Assembly: GCA_025594325.1 (NCBI GenBank)
Contig: JANHCV010000011.1
Span: 186,001-250,000, forward strand
Direction: 5' to 3'
Length of the DNA: 64,000 nt
From: Blastocladiella emersonii ATCC 22665
Taxonomy: Eukaryota; Fungi; Blastocladiomycota
In this document: in pieces, positions 11,682 through 21,878 of the stretch
Layout: the number at the start of each line of letters is the position of its first letter
How positions within the stretch are numbered: position 1 is the stretch's first letter
The notes under the pieces: generated by a model
Seen by the model: only the letters and a program-made list of their open reading frames with translations
Told to the model about the DNA's origin: nothing
Databases searched by the model: none
Translations under genes and position numbers: made by a program

Positions 11682-12941
11682 TCACACCTTGCGGAACGCA
11701 AACGCCATGTACAGTCCGATGGCCTCCCACTCGTCGGGCGACACGCTCGGTTTAGCGGTCGTCAAAACCTTCATGCGGACGAGCAGGTCGCGGAACCGGT
11801 CGGCGTTGCGCTGGAAAAAGGCGTGGAAGTTGGTGCGGTCCATGACCTCGAGCCCGTACTCGCGCGCGAGCTTGGTGAAGGACGGCCAGTGCACGAGGTA
11901 CTCGGGGCAGTCGTCGATGGCGTCGACCAGCTTGAAGTGGTACTCGTGCCCGTACACCGGGTACGTGTCGCGCTGCGCGAAGCGCACGGTGCAGATCGAG
12001 TTGCCGAACTCGAGGCCCTCGGCGGCGCGGAGCTTTTTGCTACGGGTCCGTTCGTGGGGTTAGCGTTTGGTGCGGGGCCAGGGTACGAGAGAGCAGCAGC
12101 GTACACGAGGACGTTGGCGTCGGTGGTGGTGCCGAAAAAGTAGCCGCCGGGGACGAGGCGCGACGAAATGTTCTCGAGCATCTGGCGGACCTGGCGCTCG
12201 GAGCGGAAGGCGTAGTGCATGCAGAACTGCATCGACACTGCGTTGAAACGCACGTCGCGAGGAATGTGTGGTTCGATCGAGTCCTACGCGCAGTCTCGAG
12301 GGTCAGTCAAGCGCACAGACCGCGACGAAGGAAGGGCAACGAACGTTGTAGCAGTCGAGCGTGGTGAATGTAGCATTGAACCGCGCGCCCTTGATCGTCG
12401 AGAACCGCCTCCGGGCCTCCTCGATCGAGACATTCGCGACGTCGAACCCGTACAGCTCGCGAATATTCGCCTGGCGGTACTTTTGCAGGTCGCCGCCCTT
12501 GCCGCACCCCATATCGAGGACCGAGTCGCCGCGGCGCAGGAACTGCTGCATCAGCACGGCCTTGACCCAGTTGTTGAAGCACCGCATCTGGAAGATGGGC
12601 GAGTCCTCGCGCGCCACCACGCTGCCCGCCGGCCGCTCGTTGTAGTGCGCGGCAACCAGCGACGCCATCTGCCGCGCATCGTCGGCGCCCGCCACGTGCG
12701 GGATCTTGCGCGGAACCGAGTCGTCCTCGCGCGGCGGAGACCGGCTGCGCGCGCGCTTGGTGCTCGGGTGCAGCTGCTCCTTGGGTCGGTCGTGCGATGG
12801 AGCCGCTGCGGGTGCCGGCGGCGGCGGCGGGGCGTCACGCCGGCGTGGGCTGCGCTCCGGCTCGGGCCGAGCGGGTGCTGGTGATTTTGGCGATGTGTGC
12901 TCCATGGTTAATTTCGTTGCTGCGTGGAGAAGGGAGGTCAT
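11682..12941 (-). CDS. ABD1: mRNA cap guanine-N7 methyltransferase; introns 12284-12344 and 12040-12104 (alternative start 12905)
   Basis: VAAHYNERP, REDSPIFQMRCFNNWVKAVL, VLDMGCGKGGDLQKY, VSMQFCMHYAF, GGYFFGTTTDA, CPEYLVHW, WEAIGLYMAFAFRK. Confidence 0.95.
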
Positions 12942-13211
12942 AACTGGCGCCGAAGCGAAGGACAGAGCGAAGGACGCGAAAGGGCGGGCAGCAACGCGGC
13001 CACTCGCGGTCGGCTGAACCCACGTGACGCTCGGCCAACAGCGACCTCCGCGCCGTCGCCGCCGTCTCCGCCGGGCCCAGCCGCGCGCACCGTGGCGGAC
13101 CGTGGACGGTGGCGGCGGCGACGGAGGGTAGCCGTGCATGGTGGCGAGGGCGCGCTGGGTGCAACTGGACGGAGCCTCGGCCAACCACGTAGCACACTTG
13201 ATATTCCCGCC

Positions 13212-14189
13212 ATGACGTCCGCCACCACTGCGCCCGCGATCCTGTCGCTGCCGAGCCTGCACAGCCACACGGCGACCGTGGCCGGGAGCGCGCCCGCGCC
13301 GCCCGCGTCGCTGACGGCGCGCGTGTCGCTGGTCGCGGCGCTGTCGATCCTCGACCACTGGGCGCACCGCAACGAGGGCTCGACGCGGGTCGTCGGTGCG
13401 CTGCTCGGCACGCGGTCGGCCGACGGGTCGGTGCTCGACATCACCGACTCGTTCCCGATCGCGCTCGTCGACAACGACACGTCCATCGACGTGAGCTTTG
13501 CCACCACCATGTACCAGCTGCGCCGCCGCACCAACGCCAAGGACCTGGTCCTCGGCTGGTACACGACGGGCGCCGCCCTCGACGAGTCGTCGGCCGGCTT
13601 CCACGAGTGGTTCGAGGAGAACCTCATCTCCACGTCGCACGGCTTCCACCAGGGCGTGCACCTGCTCGTCGACGCCTCGCTCAACGACGACAACATGGCG
13701 CTCCAGGGCTTCATCGGCGTCCCCGTCGCCACCCTGACCGACGGCAAGCAGGGCCGCATGTTCGTCCCGTTCCCCGTCGAGGTCGCCGTTGCCGAGCACG
13801 AGCAGTCGGGCCTCGAGGCCATCGCCTCGGCCGCGCTCCCGTCGTCCGAGAACGTGGCGCCGCTCGTGCCGCGCGTCGGCATCCCGCAGGCGCAGGGCCG
13901 CGTCGCCAAGCTCGACAGCCTGCTCGACGCGTGCATCCACGTCGCGTCCGAGACCCTCGACGAGCTGCGCGACACCAAGCGGCCCCTGTCGGGCCCGCAG
14001 GCCGCTGCCCTCAACCGCCTCGGCCACACGCTCGCCAAGGTCGTCGCTGCCCGCACCCACGCCGCCGACGTGCGCGCCATGGACGCCGAGATCCGCGACC
14101 TCAAGACCATCCTCGAGCTCGCCGCCCAGGCCCGCAAGCAGATGGTCGTCTCTGAGCTCATCATGTACGGCGCCGCCTTCAAGCACTAA
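13212..14189 (+). CDS. EIF3F: Translation initiation factor eIF3 subunit F (non-catalytic MPN domain)
   Basis: SILDHWAHRNEGSTRVVGALLG, DITDSFP, VLGWYTTG. No JAMM metal motif. The N-terminal pattern fits eIF3f better than Rpn8 or CSN6. Confidence 0.8.
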   Translation: MTSATTAPAILSLPSLHSHTATVAGSAPAPPASLTARVSLVAALSILDHWAHRNEGSTRVVGALLGTRSADGSVLDITDSFPIALVDNDTSIDVSFATTMYQLRRRTNAKDLVLGWYTTGAALDESSAGFHEWFEENLISTSHGFHQGVHLLVDASLNDDNMALQGFIGVPVATLTDGKQGRMFVPFPVEVAVAEHEQSGLEAIASAALPSSENVAPLVPRVGIPQAQGRVAKLDSLLDACIHVASETLDELRDTKRPLSGPQAAALNRLGHTLAKVVAARTHAADVRAMDAEIRDLKTILELAAQARKQMVVSELIMYGAAFKH

Positions 14190-14285
14190 GCGTCGTCGTG
14201 TACCTCCCCTTGTTTGTTGTTCCGTTTTGAGTAATCCAATCATTCCTCTTTGCGCAACTTGCTGTACATTTGAACTAGTTCGTTT

Positions 14286-17081
14286 TTACATGGCGAGGAG
14301 ATCCTGCTCAATCTCGTCAAAGATGGACAAGTCGACAACGGGCAACGCGTCCAGCGTCGGCGCCGCTGTGCTCGCTGCCACAGCACTCGCGGCCGCCGGC
14401 GCCCGTTGCACCACCTTGCCGCCCGGCTGCAACGCCGATGCCACCACCGTATCCACGACGAGCCGCGGCTTACTTTTGGGCGTCGTCGCGCCCGGGCCCG
14501 CGCTCGGCGGCTGCGGTGGGCTCAGCGCCGGCGCCAGCACGCCCGCCACGGGCAGCGGCATCGGTAACGGCGGCGGGATCGCCGCGTCCGCGAGGACCAG
14601 GTTCACTGGGATCGGCTCGGGCGTCGTGTCGAGTCGGTCGAGCAGGCCTGTCGCGCCGATCGGCGGTGGGACAGGGGGCGGAACGGCTGACTTGGGCCGC
14701 GTCGTCGCCGTGGACTTGGGCCGCGGGGCCGCAGGAGGCGGAGGTGGCGGGGTCGAGTACTCGGACGGTTCTGGAATGACGACCGCGGTCGCCGACGACG
14801 ATGGGATCGCGGGCGGGAGCGCTGCCGGGAACGCCGCGATCGCGGGCAAGATGGCCACGGGCACGGCGCCGGGCGGCGACGCGCGCGGCCGGCGCGGCGT
14901 CTTGGTCCCGGGCGATGCGTGCGGGCCGCCTGCCATGGACACGCGCGCAACATGGGTTGGTGGCGACGACCCGGTGTCAGGCCGCGCAACAGGCTGCGAG
15001 GCGGGGGAGGTGACGATGGTTGTGATGGGCGCGGCCGGCACGCCGTAGTACGCGGACGGTACGCGCGACGCCCTTGCCTGACTCGCGCCGGGCAGCATCA
15101 TGACGCGCGAGTTGCGGTGGTTGGACGTCTCGTTCGGGTTGTACACGTTGGCGGGGTTGGGCGCGCGCAGCGGCTCGGCGACGACGGGAGCGACCGCCGC
15201 GGGCCGCGGGAGCGAGCCCGCGCTGGCGCCGAACACGCCCTCGTCCGAGTTGTTGCTGCCGCGGCGGCCGAGTGACCGCGTCGACGGCTTCCCGGACCCG
15301 ACGCCGCCGTTCCGCCGGCGGCGCATGATGAACATGCCCGCGGCGAACACGCCGATCAGGAACACGACGCCCGCGGTCGCACCCGCCACGACCCACGACA
15401 GCGACCCGGCGAGCGACGCGGCGGACCGGCCCGCGAGCGTGCCGTCCGACTTGGCCGCGAACCCGGACGTGATATCGGCGCGGCTCGGCGGCGGGATCGT
15501 GATGGGCACGATCGTCGCGGCATCCCCCGCGTTCCCCGCCGACGCCGCGCGGACCAGCCGGTTCGGCGCGGTCCCGACGTCCGTCAGCACGTTAGTCGTC
15601 GACAGGTTACGCAGCGCGGCCGTGATGTCGGCGGGCTTCCACTGCGGGTTGACCTGCAGCAGCTGCGCGACGACACCCGTCACGAACGGCGCCGCTTGCG
15701 ACGTACCGCGGAACACGGCGTACGCGCGCGGCCCGCCGTTCGAAGACGACACGATCCCGTCGCCCGGCGCCCACGCCGTCAGACACGGGCCGAAGTTGGA
15801 GAAGGACGCGCGCGCGTCGTTGGGCGCCGATGCGCCCACCACGATCGCGCCCTCGGAGCCCGCGGGCGAGCCGCTGCACGCGGTCGGGAGGGCGTCGTTG
15901 CCCGCGGCCACGATCACGGCGATCCCGCTCGAAGTCGCGCGTGCGATGGCGTCGTCGATGGAACGCACGCGCTGGTATGTGCCGTTGCTTGATGGCCGCG
16001 GTCCCACTACATTTGCGCGTGAGTTTACGGTCCAATGCGAAGTTCGCGCACAGAGAACGTACGGCTCATGTTAATAACGGCGGGCTTCTTGTGGTTGCGG
16101 ACGATCCAGTCGACGGCCTCGACGACGTCGGCGTTGGACGTGTCCTCGCACCCGAGCACACGGACAGCGTGCAGCGAGGCCTCCTTGGCCACGCCGACGC
16201 CGAGCCCGCCGCAGATGCCCGCAATGTGGGTGCCGTGGCCCGTGCAGTCGCGCTCCGTGAAGTTGACGCCGGGCTTTTTGGCGCCCAGCGCCGACTGCAC
16301 CTCGTACGCGAGCTTGGCGCGGCCCGGCGGCGAGAATTCGGCGTGCTCGGCCACGATGCCGCTGTCGATGATGTAGATGTTGACGCCTGCGGTTCGGGGT
16401 TTGGGAGATCAGTTCCGCCATCACTCCGCGGGTCGCACGGCAGACAAACGTACCCTTTCCCGTCAAATCAAACGCATACTTGTTATCCAACGGAAGCGCG
16501 CGCTGGTCGATGCGGTCGAGCCCCCACAGCGTGGTGGGTACCGTGGCCGTCTGCGGGAGGTCCTGGACCTGCGCCATGGCCATGCGCTGCACCTGCTCGA
16601 CGTACGCGACGCACGGGATCCGCGCGACCTGGTCGACGGGCAGCGTCGGGAACGCCGCCGACGGCGTGTAGTCGACGCGGAACCCGCGCAGCGCCGACTC
16701 GTACGCGAACGTCACGGACGTTGCCAGCGTTGACAGCACCCGCGCCATGCCCTTCGACACGGCGTCCACGTCCGGGCACGCCGCGTCGAGTGCGACTAGG
16801 TACGAGTGCGCGACGGCCGTCGCGGCATCGGGCGCGTGGTAGATGGGCACGGGGGCGGGGTCCGAGTCCGTGGCCAGCTGCGCGCGGGAGCCCGCGCCGG
16901 CGATGCGGGACTGGCTCTGGTCGGCGGCAGACGCGGGAAGCGAGCTCAGCGCGGCCTCGAAGGCGGCGAGATCCACGCTGAGCTTGGGAGCGGCCGTGGC
17001 CGCGCCATGAACGAGGGCCGTGGTGGTGGCCAGGACGACAACAGCCCAGATGGAGACAAGGAAGAGGAGAGTGCGCGGCAT
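14286..17081 (-). CDS. Subtilisin S8A (proteinase K-like) with signal peptide, I9 propeptide, one TM helix and Pro-rich tail; introns 16387-16453 and 16007-16062
   Basis: Signal MPRTLLFLVSIWAVVVLA; WGLDRIDQR; catalytic IYIIDSG, GHGTHIAG, AAGND, GTSQAAP; spliced VINMSLG; TM VVAGATAGVVFLIGVFAAGMFIM followed by RRRR. Confidence 0.92.
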
Positions 17082-17560
17082 GGTGGCCACGCTTCGAGGA
17101 CAGGGATAGGAAGAAGGGAGGTATAGATGACAGCTGGTCTACTCAGCGCGCAACCAGGCGCGCCGTGATGGACGTCAGGGTGGGGGAGGAGGCCCGACGA
17201 CGACGGCGGGATGGGCGAGGAGTCGCCGTGGACGGGGGGACCGGGAGGGATGATGGATGGTGCGAACGAGGACGACGACGCCGGCGAAGAGCGCGGGTCC
17301 CTGCCATACACGGCGGCCCAGCCCCGGGCTCGCGGTCGCAGCTGCGGCCAAGAGGCCGGCGTGGCGCGGGAGGATATATGAAGTGCCGGCGGCCATCATC
17401 GTCAAGCCCGGACAACGGTTTTCGAACTGATTTGATCCGCCATGTGATGTGATCGTGGCGGAGCGCGCACTGCTACCCCCCTCTGCGTCACACGACCCCC
17501 ATGTAACTTGTTCAGCGCGTCGGCTCGCGGCGCGACTTGGTGCACTGCGCTAGACCCTCT

Positions 17561-20194
17561 ATGCTCTCGCGGATTCTGGGATGTAACACGGCCGGGAGGC
17601 TCCATGCGACGGCGGGCCGACCCCTGGTCGCGCGGCTCGCCGTGGGAGAGTGCCCCGTGCGCCGCCGATCTTCGTCCTCATCGCGCGCCCCACCACCTTC
17701 AAGCGACGACGCGTCGCCTGCCCCCAAGTCGGTCCGCTCGTTCCGGGCGCCAAAAGAGCGCGATTGGGACTGGGACAGCCTCAAACCCGCCGAGCCCCCG
17801 CGATCCTCCAAGGAGGACGTAATACCCGCTGCCAGTGTCTTTGCCCATACCCCTTCTACCGAATTTGCCTGGGCGCAGCAGTACAAGCAGTTTGACCGGA
17901 CCTCCTCGCGGGACCACGATCGCGCTCCTCCGCGCAATGGCGGGCACGCTGCCGCCCCCGCCCGCGGCTCGATCGCGCGCAAGCTTGAGCAGGCCGCGAG
18001 CTTCGTGCACGCCAACGCGGCGCTCGACTTCATGCGGTCCGTCCACGCCATCCCGTGGCCGCGGGTTGACCTCGACGACCTCGCCGACCTCGCCGCGCTA
18101 CGCCGCCTGGTCGCGAACGCGGGCCACATCAAGAAGCGGTCGCAGGACGCGCGCGCCGCGTGGTGCAAGGGCGTGACTGAGCTGCTGGTCGGGCTCGGCA
18201 AGGTGCCCAACGTGCGCCGGTTCGCGCTGACGCACCCGCGGCTGATCAACGAGCTGTGCATCGTCGTGGGCTCGCGCAACCTGACGTGCGGGTACTCGGA
18301 ACTCGTCGCGCTGTACAACGCGGCGCAGTGCAGCCCGCGCGCCGCGCTTGGCGTCATGAAGGCGTGTGCGAGCGCCGGCCGCGTCGATGACGTGCTCGTG
18401 CTCGCCGCCACGCCCGGTGTCCCGCCGCTCGCCGCTCTGCAGCACACGGCGGCCGGGTACGCGCACGCTGAGCGGCCCATCGAGCTGAAGCGGCTCGTTG
18501 AGACGGCCGTCGCGCAGCGGTTGCTCGAGCACAAGTGGAGCGACATGCGCGTCAACGCGGCGCTGCTCAAGGCGGCCGAGGCGCAGGGCGGGCCCGTCAA
18601 GCGCCTGCGCCTGCTCGAGCAGATGGTCGCGGTCCAGGTCAAGGAGCGCAAGGAGCACGCCCGGGGCGTTCGGGGCAAGCTGTACCCGATCATCTCGGCA
18701 ACGCACATTGCCGTGACCGTCAACCACCTCGCGGCGCAGGGCCACCCCGACGAGGCGCAGCGCGCGCTCGCGCTGTTCGACGCGCTCGGGATGCCGTGGG
18801 ACCCCGACGCCGTGCACGCGCTGGTCGTGGCGCAGGCCAACGCGGGCGAGCCCGAGGCCGTGATCGCGCTGCTGGGCCCCGTCGGCGAGCGGTTCGCCGG
18901 GTGCACGTCGTACCACTTTGAGACGCTGCTGCACGCACACGACGCGCTCGGCGACATGCACGGCGTGCGCAAGGTGCACGCGCGCGTCATGGCGCTCGCC
19001 GACGAACGACCCGCCAGCGGCGTGCAGGACCGCGCCAAGAACCGGCCCTTCGATCGCGCCTACTTCCACTCGCTCATCCACATCCTCGCGCGCGAGGCGT
19101 CGCCGACGAACCACGCGCCCCTGCACGAGGCCATGGACGTGTTCCGCGACATGGTCAAGCGCGGGATCAAGCCGACGCAGATCCTGCCGTCGGCGCTGTA
19201 CCGGCACGCGGCCGCGGCGGGGAACGAGGCTGTCCAGGACGAGCTCATCCAGTTCCTCGCGGACCCGACGCTGCAGCTGCCGCAGCCTGGCGTCAAGGCC
19301 AAGCTGAGCAGCCCCGCACCGACGACGGACGAGTCGGACCCAGCGCCGCCGCCAATCCTCTCGCCCGAGCTGCTCTTCGTCCGCGACGTGGAGCCGCTCC
19401 TGCGGCGGGGCCCACTCGGCAACATCCCTGGCGCGATCGAGGCGCTCGGCGCGATCATGAGCCAGCACGGGCCCAAGTCGGTGCGGCTGAACCAGTGGTC
19501 GCACATCGTCACGGCCGTGCACCAGGTTCTGGGCGTGCGGTCGCCCGATGCGCTGACCATCACGATGGCGGTACACCGCATGGTCGTTCGCGACCTCGGG
19601 TGGGGCGCGGCCGCCTTTGCCAACGTCGCGTACGTCGGCGCCCTCATCACGGCGCTGTCGCGCATCTCAACTGCCCAAAACGGGTGCGCCGACGCGGTCG
19701 TGGTGGCGCTGGTCCGCCGGTGGGTGTTTGGCGACACGAGCGTCGTGCTCGGCGAGCCGTGGGACCCGCCGCCCGCGCCCGAAGGGGGCGAGGTCACCCG
19801 CACGCCGTGGAACGCGCAGCTCCTGTGCGTGGCCATCGACGCGCTCGGGTTCGCGGGCGCCAAGGCCGAGCTGCTCGAGCTGGTGCAGGTCCTGGTGCGC
19901 AGCAGCGACGGCGCGGGCGCCCCCGCAGGTGCGGCCAGCTACCTCAACACCAACGTGTTCACGAGCCTGGTCGAGGCGGCGATGCGTGTGGGCGACGGCG
20001 AGCTCGCGCTCGACGTGGCGACCAAATACCGCCAGCACGCGGGGGTCCCCGCCGACGCCAAGCTGCTGGCCACACTCAAGTCCATGGCCGGGCTCAAGGT
20101 CGCCGGGACCAACCTGCGCTGGGTCCCCGCCGACCGCCGGTTCACGGCGCTCGCGCACGAGGTCAGGAGGCCGTACAACAAGCGTCCTGCTTAG
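17561..20194 (+). CDS. Pentatricopeptide-repeat-like protein, probably mitochondrial
   Basis: Arg-rich N-terminus MLSRILGCNTAGRLHATAGR. PPR-like helices YHFETLLHAHDALGD, AMDVFRDMVKRGIKPT, NVFTSLVEAAMRVGDGELALDV. Confidence 0.7.
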   Translation: MLSRILGCNTAGRLHATAGRPLVARLAVGECPVRRRSSSSSRAPPPSSDDASPAPKSVRSFRAPKERDWDWDSLKPAEPPRSSKEDVIPAASVFAHTPSTEFAWAQQYKQFDRTSSRDHDRAPPRNGGHAAAPARGSIARKLEQAASFVHANAALDFMRSVHAIPWPRVDLDDLADLAALRRLVANAGHIKKRSQDARAAWCKGVTELLVGLGKVPNVRRFALTHPRLINELCIVVGSRNLTCGYSELVALYNAAQCSPRAALGVMKACASAGRVDDVLVLAATPGVPPLAALQHTAAGYAHAERPIELKRLVETAVAQRLLEHKWSDMRVNAALLKAAEAQGGPVKRLRLLEQMVAVQVKERKEHARGVRGKLYPIISATHIAVTVNHLAAQGHPDEAQRALALFDALGMPWDPDAVHALVVAQANAGEPEAVIALLGPVGERFAGCTSYHFETLLHAHDALGDMHGVRKVHARVMALADERPASGVQDRAKNRPFDRAYFHSLIHILAREASPTNHAPLHEAMDVFRDMVKRGIKPTQILPSALYRHAAAAGNEAVQDELIQFLADPTLQLPQPGVKAKLSSPAPTTDESDPAPPPILSPELLFVRDVEPLLRRGPLGNIPGAIEALGAIMSQHGPKSVRLNQWSHIVTAVHQVLGVRSPDALTITMAVHRMVVRDLGWGAAAFANVAYVGALITALSRISTAQNGCADAVVVALVRRWVFGDTSVVLGEPWDPPPAPEGGEVTRTPWNAQLLCVAIDALGFAGAKAELLELVQVLVRSSDGAGAPAGAASYLNTNVFTSLVEAAMRVGDGELALDVATKYRQHAGVPADAKLLATLKSMAGLKVAGTNLRWVPADRRFTALAHEVRRPYNKRPA

Positions 20195-20360
20195 AATATA
20201 CGTCTCTGTGTACCATCCCTGAGTCAGCGTCAGCCGCTCACGCCGTCATGGCCGTCGCGACTCCCAGCGCGACCGCGGCCGTGGCGGGCCGATGGGTTCC
20301 GGCGTGATCAACAACCCCCTCGGCGCTCTTTCCCCCTCTCCTCGACGCCCTACACTCTAG

Positions 20361-21809
20361 ATGAATACACTCTCTGCAATGCACACCTTGCTGCGCCGCC
20401 CCGCTCTCACCACATCCGCGCGGCGCGCCCTGTCCACCACCTCGCCCGCGCCGCGCGTCGCCATCATCGGCGCGGGCCCCGCGGGCTTCTACACGGCGCA
20501 CCGTCTGCTCAAGGACCACGCGACCGTACACGTCGACGTGTACGAGCGCCTGCCCGCGCCGTACGGCCTGGTGCGGTACGGCGTAGCGCCGGACCACCCG
20601 GAGGTCAAGAACGTGGTGCACAAGTTCGACGAGGTGGCCGCGTCGCCGCACTTCCGGTACCTCGGCAACGTGCGCGTCGGGGACGCGGGCGCCGTCTCGC
20701 TCGCGGACCTCCGCGACCGGTACACGGCCGTCGTCCTGTCGAGCGGCGCGACCGCGGGCGACGCGGCCTTCGGCGTGCCCGGCGAGTCGGACCTCGCGGG
20801 CGTGCACAGCGCGCGCGCGTTCGTCGGGTGGTACAACGGGCACCCGGATTTTGCGGACCTCGCCGTCGATCTCCAGGCCGGCGAGACCGCCGCCGTGTTC
20901 GGCCAGGGCAACGTCGCGCTCGACGTCGCGCGCGTGCTCCTGACGCCCGTCGACGCGCTGCGCAGGACGGATATGGCCGAGCACGCGCTCGCGGCGCTCG
21001 CGGCCTCGAAAATCCGGAACGTCTACGTTGTCGGCCGCCGCGGCCCGCTCCAGGTCGCCTTCACCGCCAAGGAGCTCCGCGAGATGCTCGCGATCCCGGA
21101 CACGCGGTTCCACATGAGCGCGGCGCTGCTCGCGGACCAGCTCAAGGCGCATGCCGCTGAGCTCGCCGCTGACCGCCCGCGGAAGCGGCTCATGGGGATC
21201 CTCGAGAAGGCCGTCGCCTCGGCGCCCGCGAACGCGGCGACCGCCAAGTCGTGGCACCTCGACTTCCTCAAATCGCCAACCCGCTTCCTCGCCTCGCCCA
21301 CGCGCGCGGGCTTCGTCGGCAGCGTCGAAGTCGCCGAGAACACGCTCGTGACCAAGGACGGCCGCACGTCCGCCGTCGCGACGGGCACCACCTCTGCTAT
21401 CCCCGCGTCACTCGTCATCAAGTCGATCGGGTACCGCGCACAGCCCATCGACACGGCGACGCAGCCGTTCGACGCGCGGCGCGGGATCGTGCCGCACGAC
21501 GGCAAGGGTCAGGCCGCGTCCAACCTGTTCGTCGCCGGGTGGCTCAAGAGCGGGCCGACGGGCGTGATCGCCAGCACCATGTGGAACGCGTACGAGACGG
21601 CCGAGTGTGTCCTGCGCGCGCTGCCCGAGCTCGAGACGCCTTCCCCAAAGGAGTTTGACGCGGCGCGGTGGCTCGCGGCGGAGAAAGGCGCCGAGGTCGT
21701 CGGGTGGGCCGGGTGGGAGCGGATCCGCAAGTACGAGACCGAGAAGCTCGGTGGGTCCAAGGTGACGAGCGTGGGCAAGATGCTGGCGCTGGCGCGCGGC
21801 GACGAATGA
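20361..21809 (+). CDS. ARH1: Mitochondrial NADPH:adrenodoxin (ferredoxin) oxidoreductase
   Basis: VAIIGAGPAGFY, YERLPAPYGLVRYGVAPDHPEVKN, FGQGNVALDVAR, GRRGPLQVAFT.KELRE, GWLKSGPTGVI. Confidence 0.95.
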   Translation: MNTLSAMHTLLRRPALTTSARRALSTTSPAPRVAIIGAGPAGFYTAHRLLKDHATVHVDVYERLPAPYGLVRYGVAPDHPEVKNVVHKFDEVAASPHFRYLGNVRVGDAGAVSLADLRDRYTAVVLSSGATAGDAAFGVPGESDLAGVHSARAFVGWYNGHPDFADLAVDLQAGETAAVFGQGNVALDVARVLLTPVDALRRTDMAEHALAALAASKIRNVYVVGRRGPLQVAFTAKELREMLAIPDTRFHMSAALLADQLKAHAAELAADRPRKRLMGILEKAVASAPANAATAKSWHLDFLKSPTRFLASPTRAGFVGSVEVAENTLVTKDGRTSAVATGTTSAIPASLVIKSIGYRAQPIDTATQPFDARRGIVPHDGKGQAASNLFVAGWLKSGPTGVIASTMWNAYETAECVLRALPELETPSPKEFDAARWLAAEKGAEVVGWAGWERIRKYETEKLGGSKVTSVGKMLALARGDE

Positions 21810-21878
21810 GTAGGCGAAGAAAGTAAACGTGTTTCTTTATATGCAAATATGATCAGCTACAAAACTACTAGAATCAAC

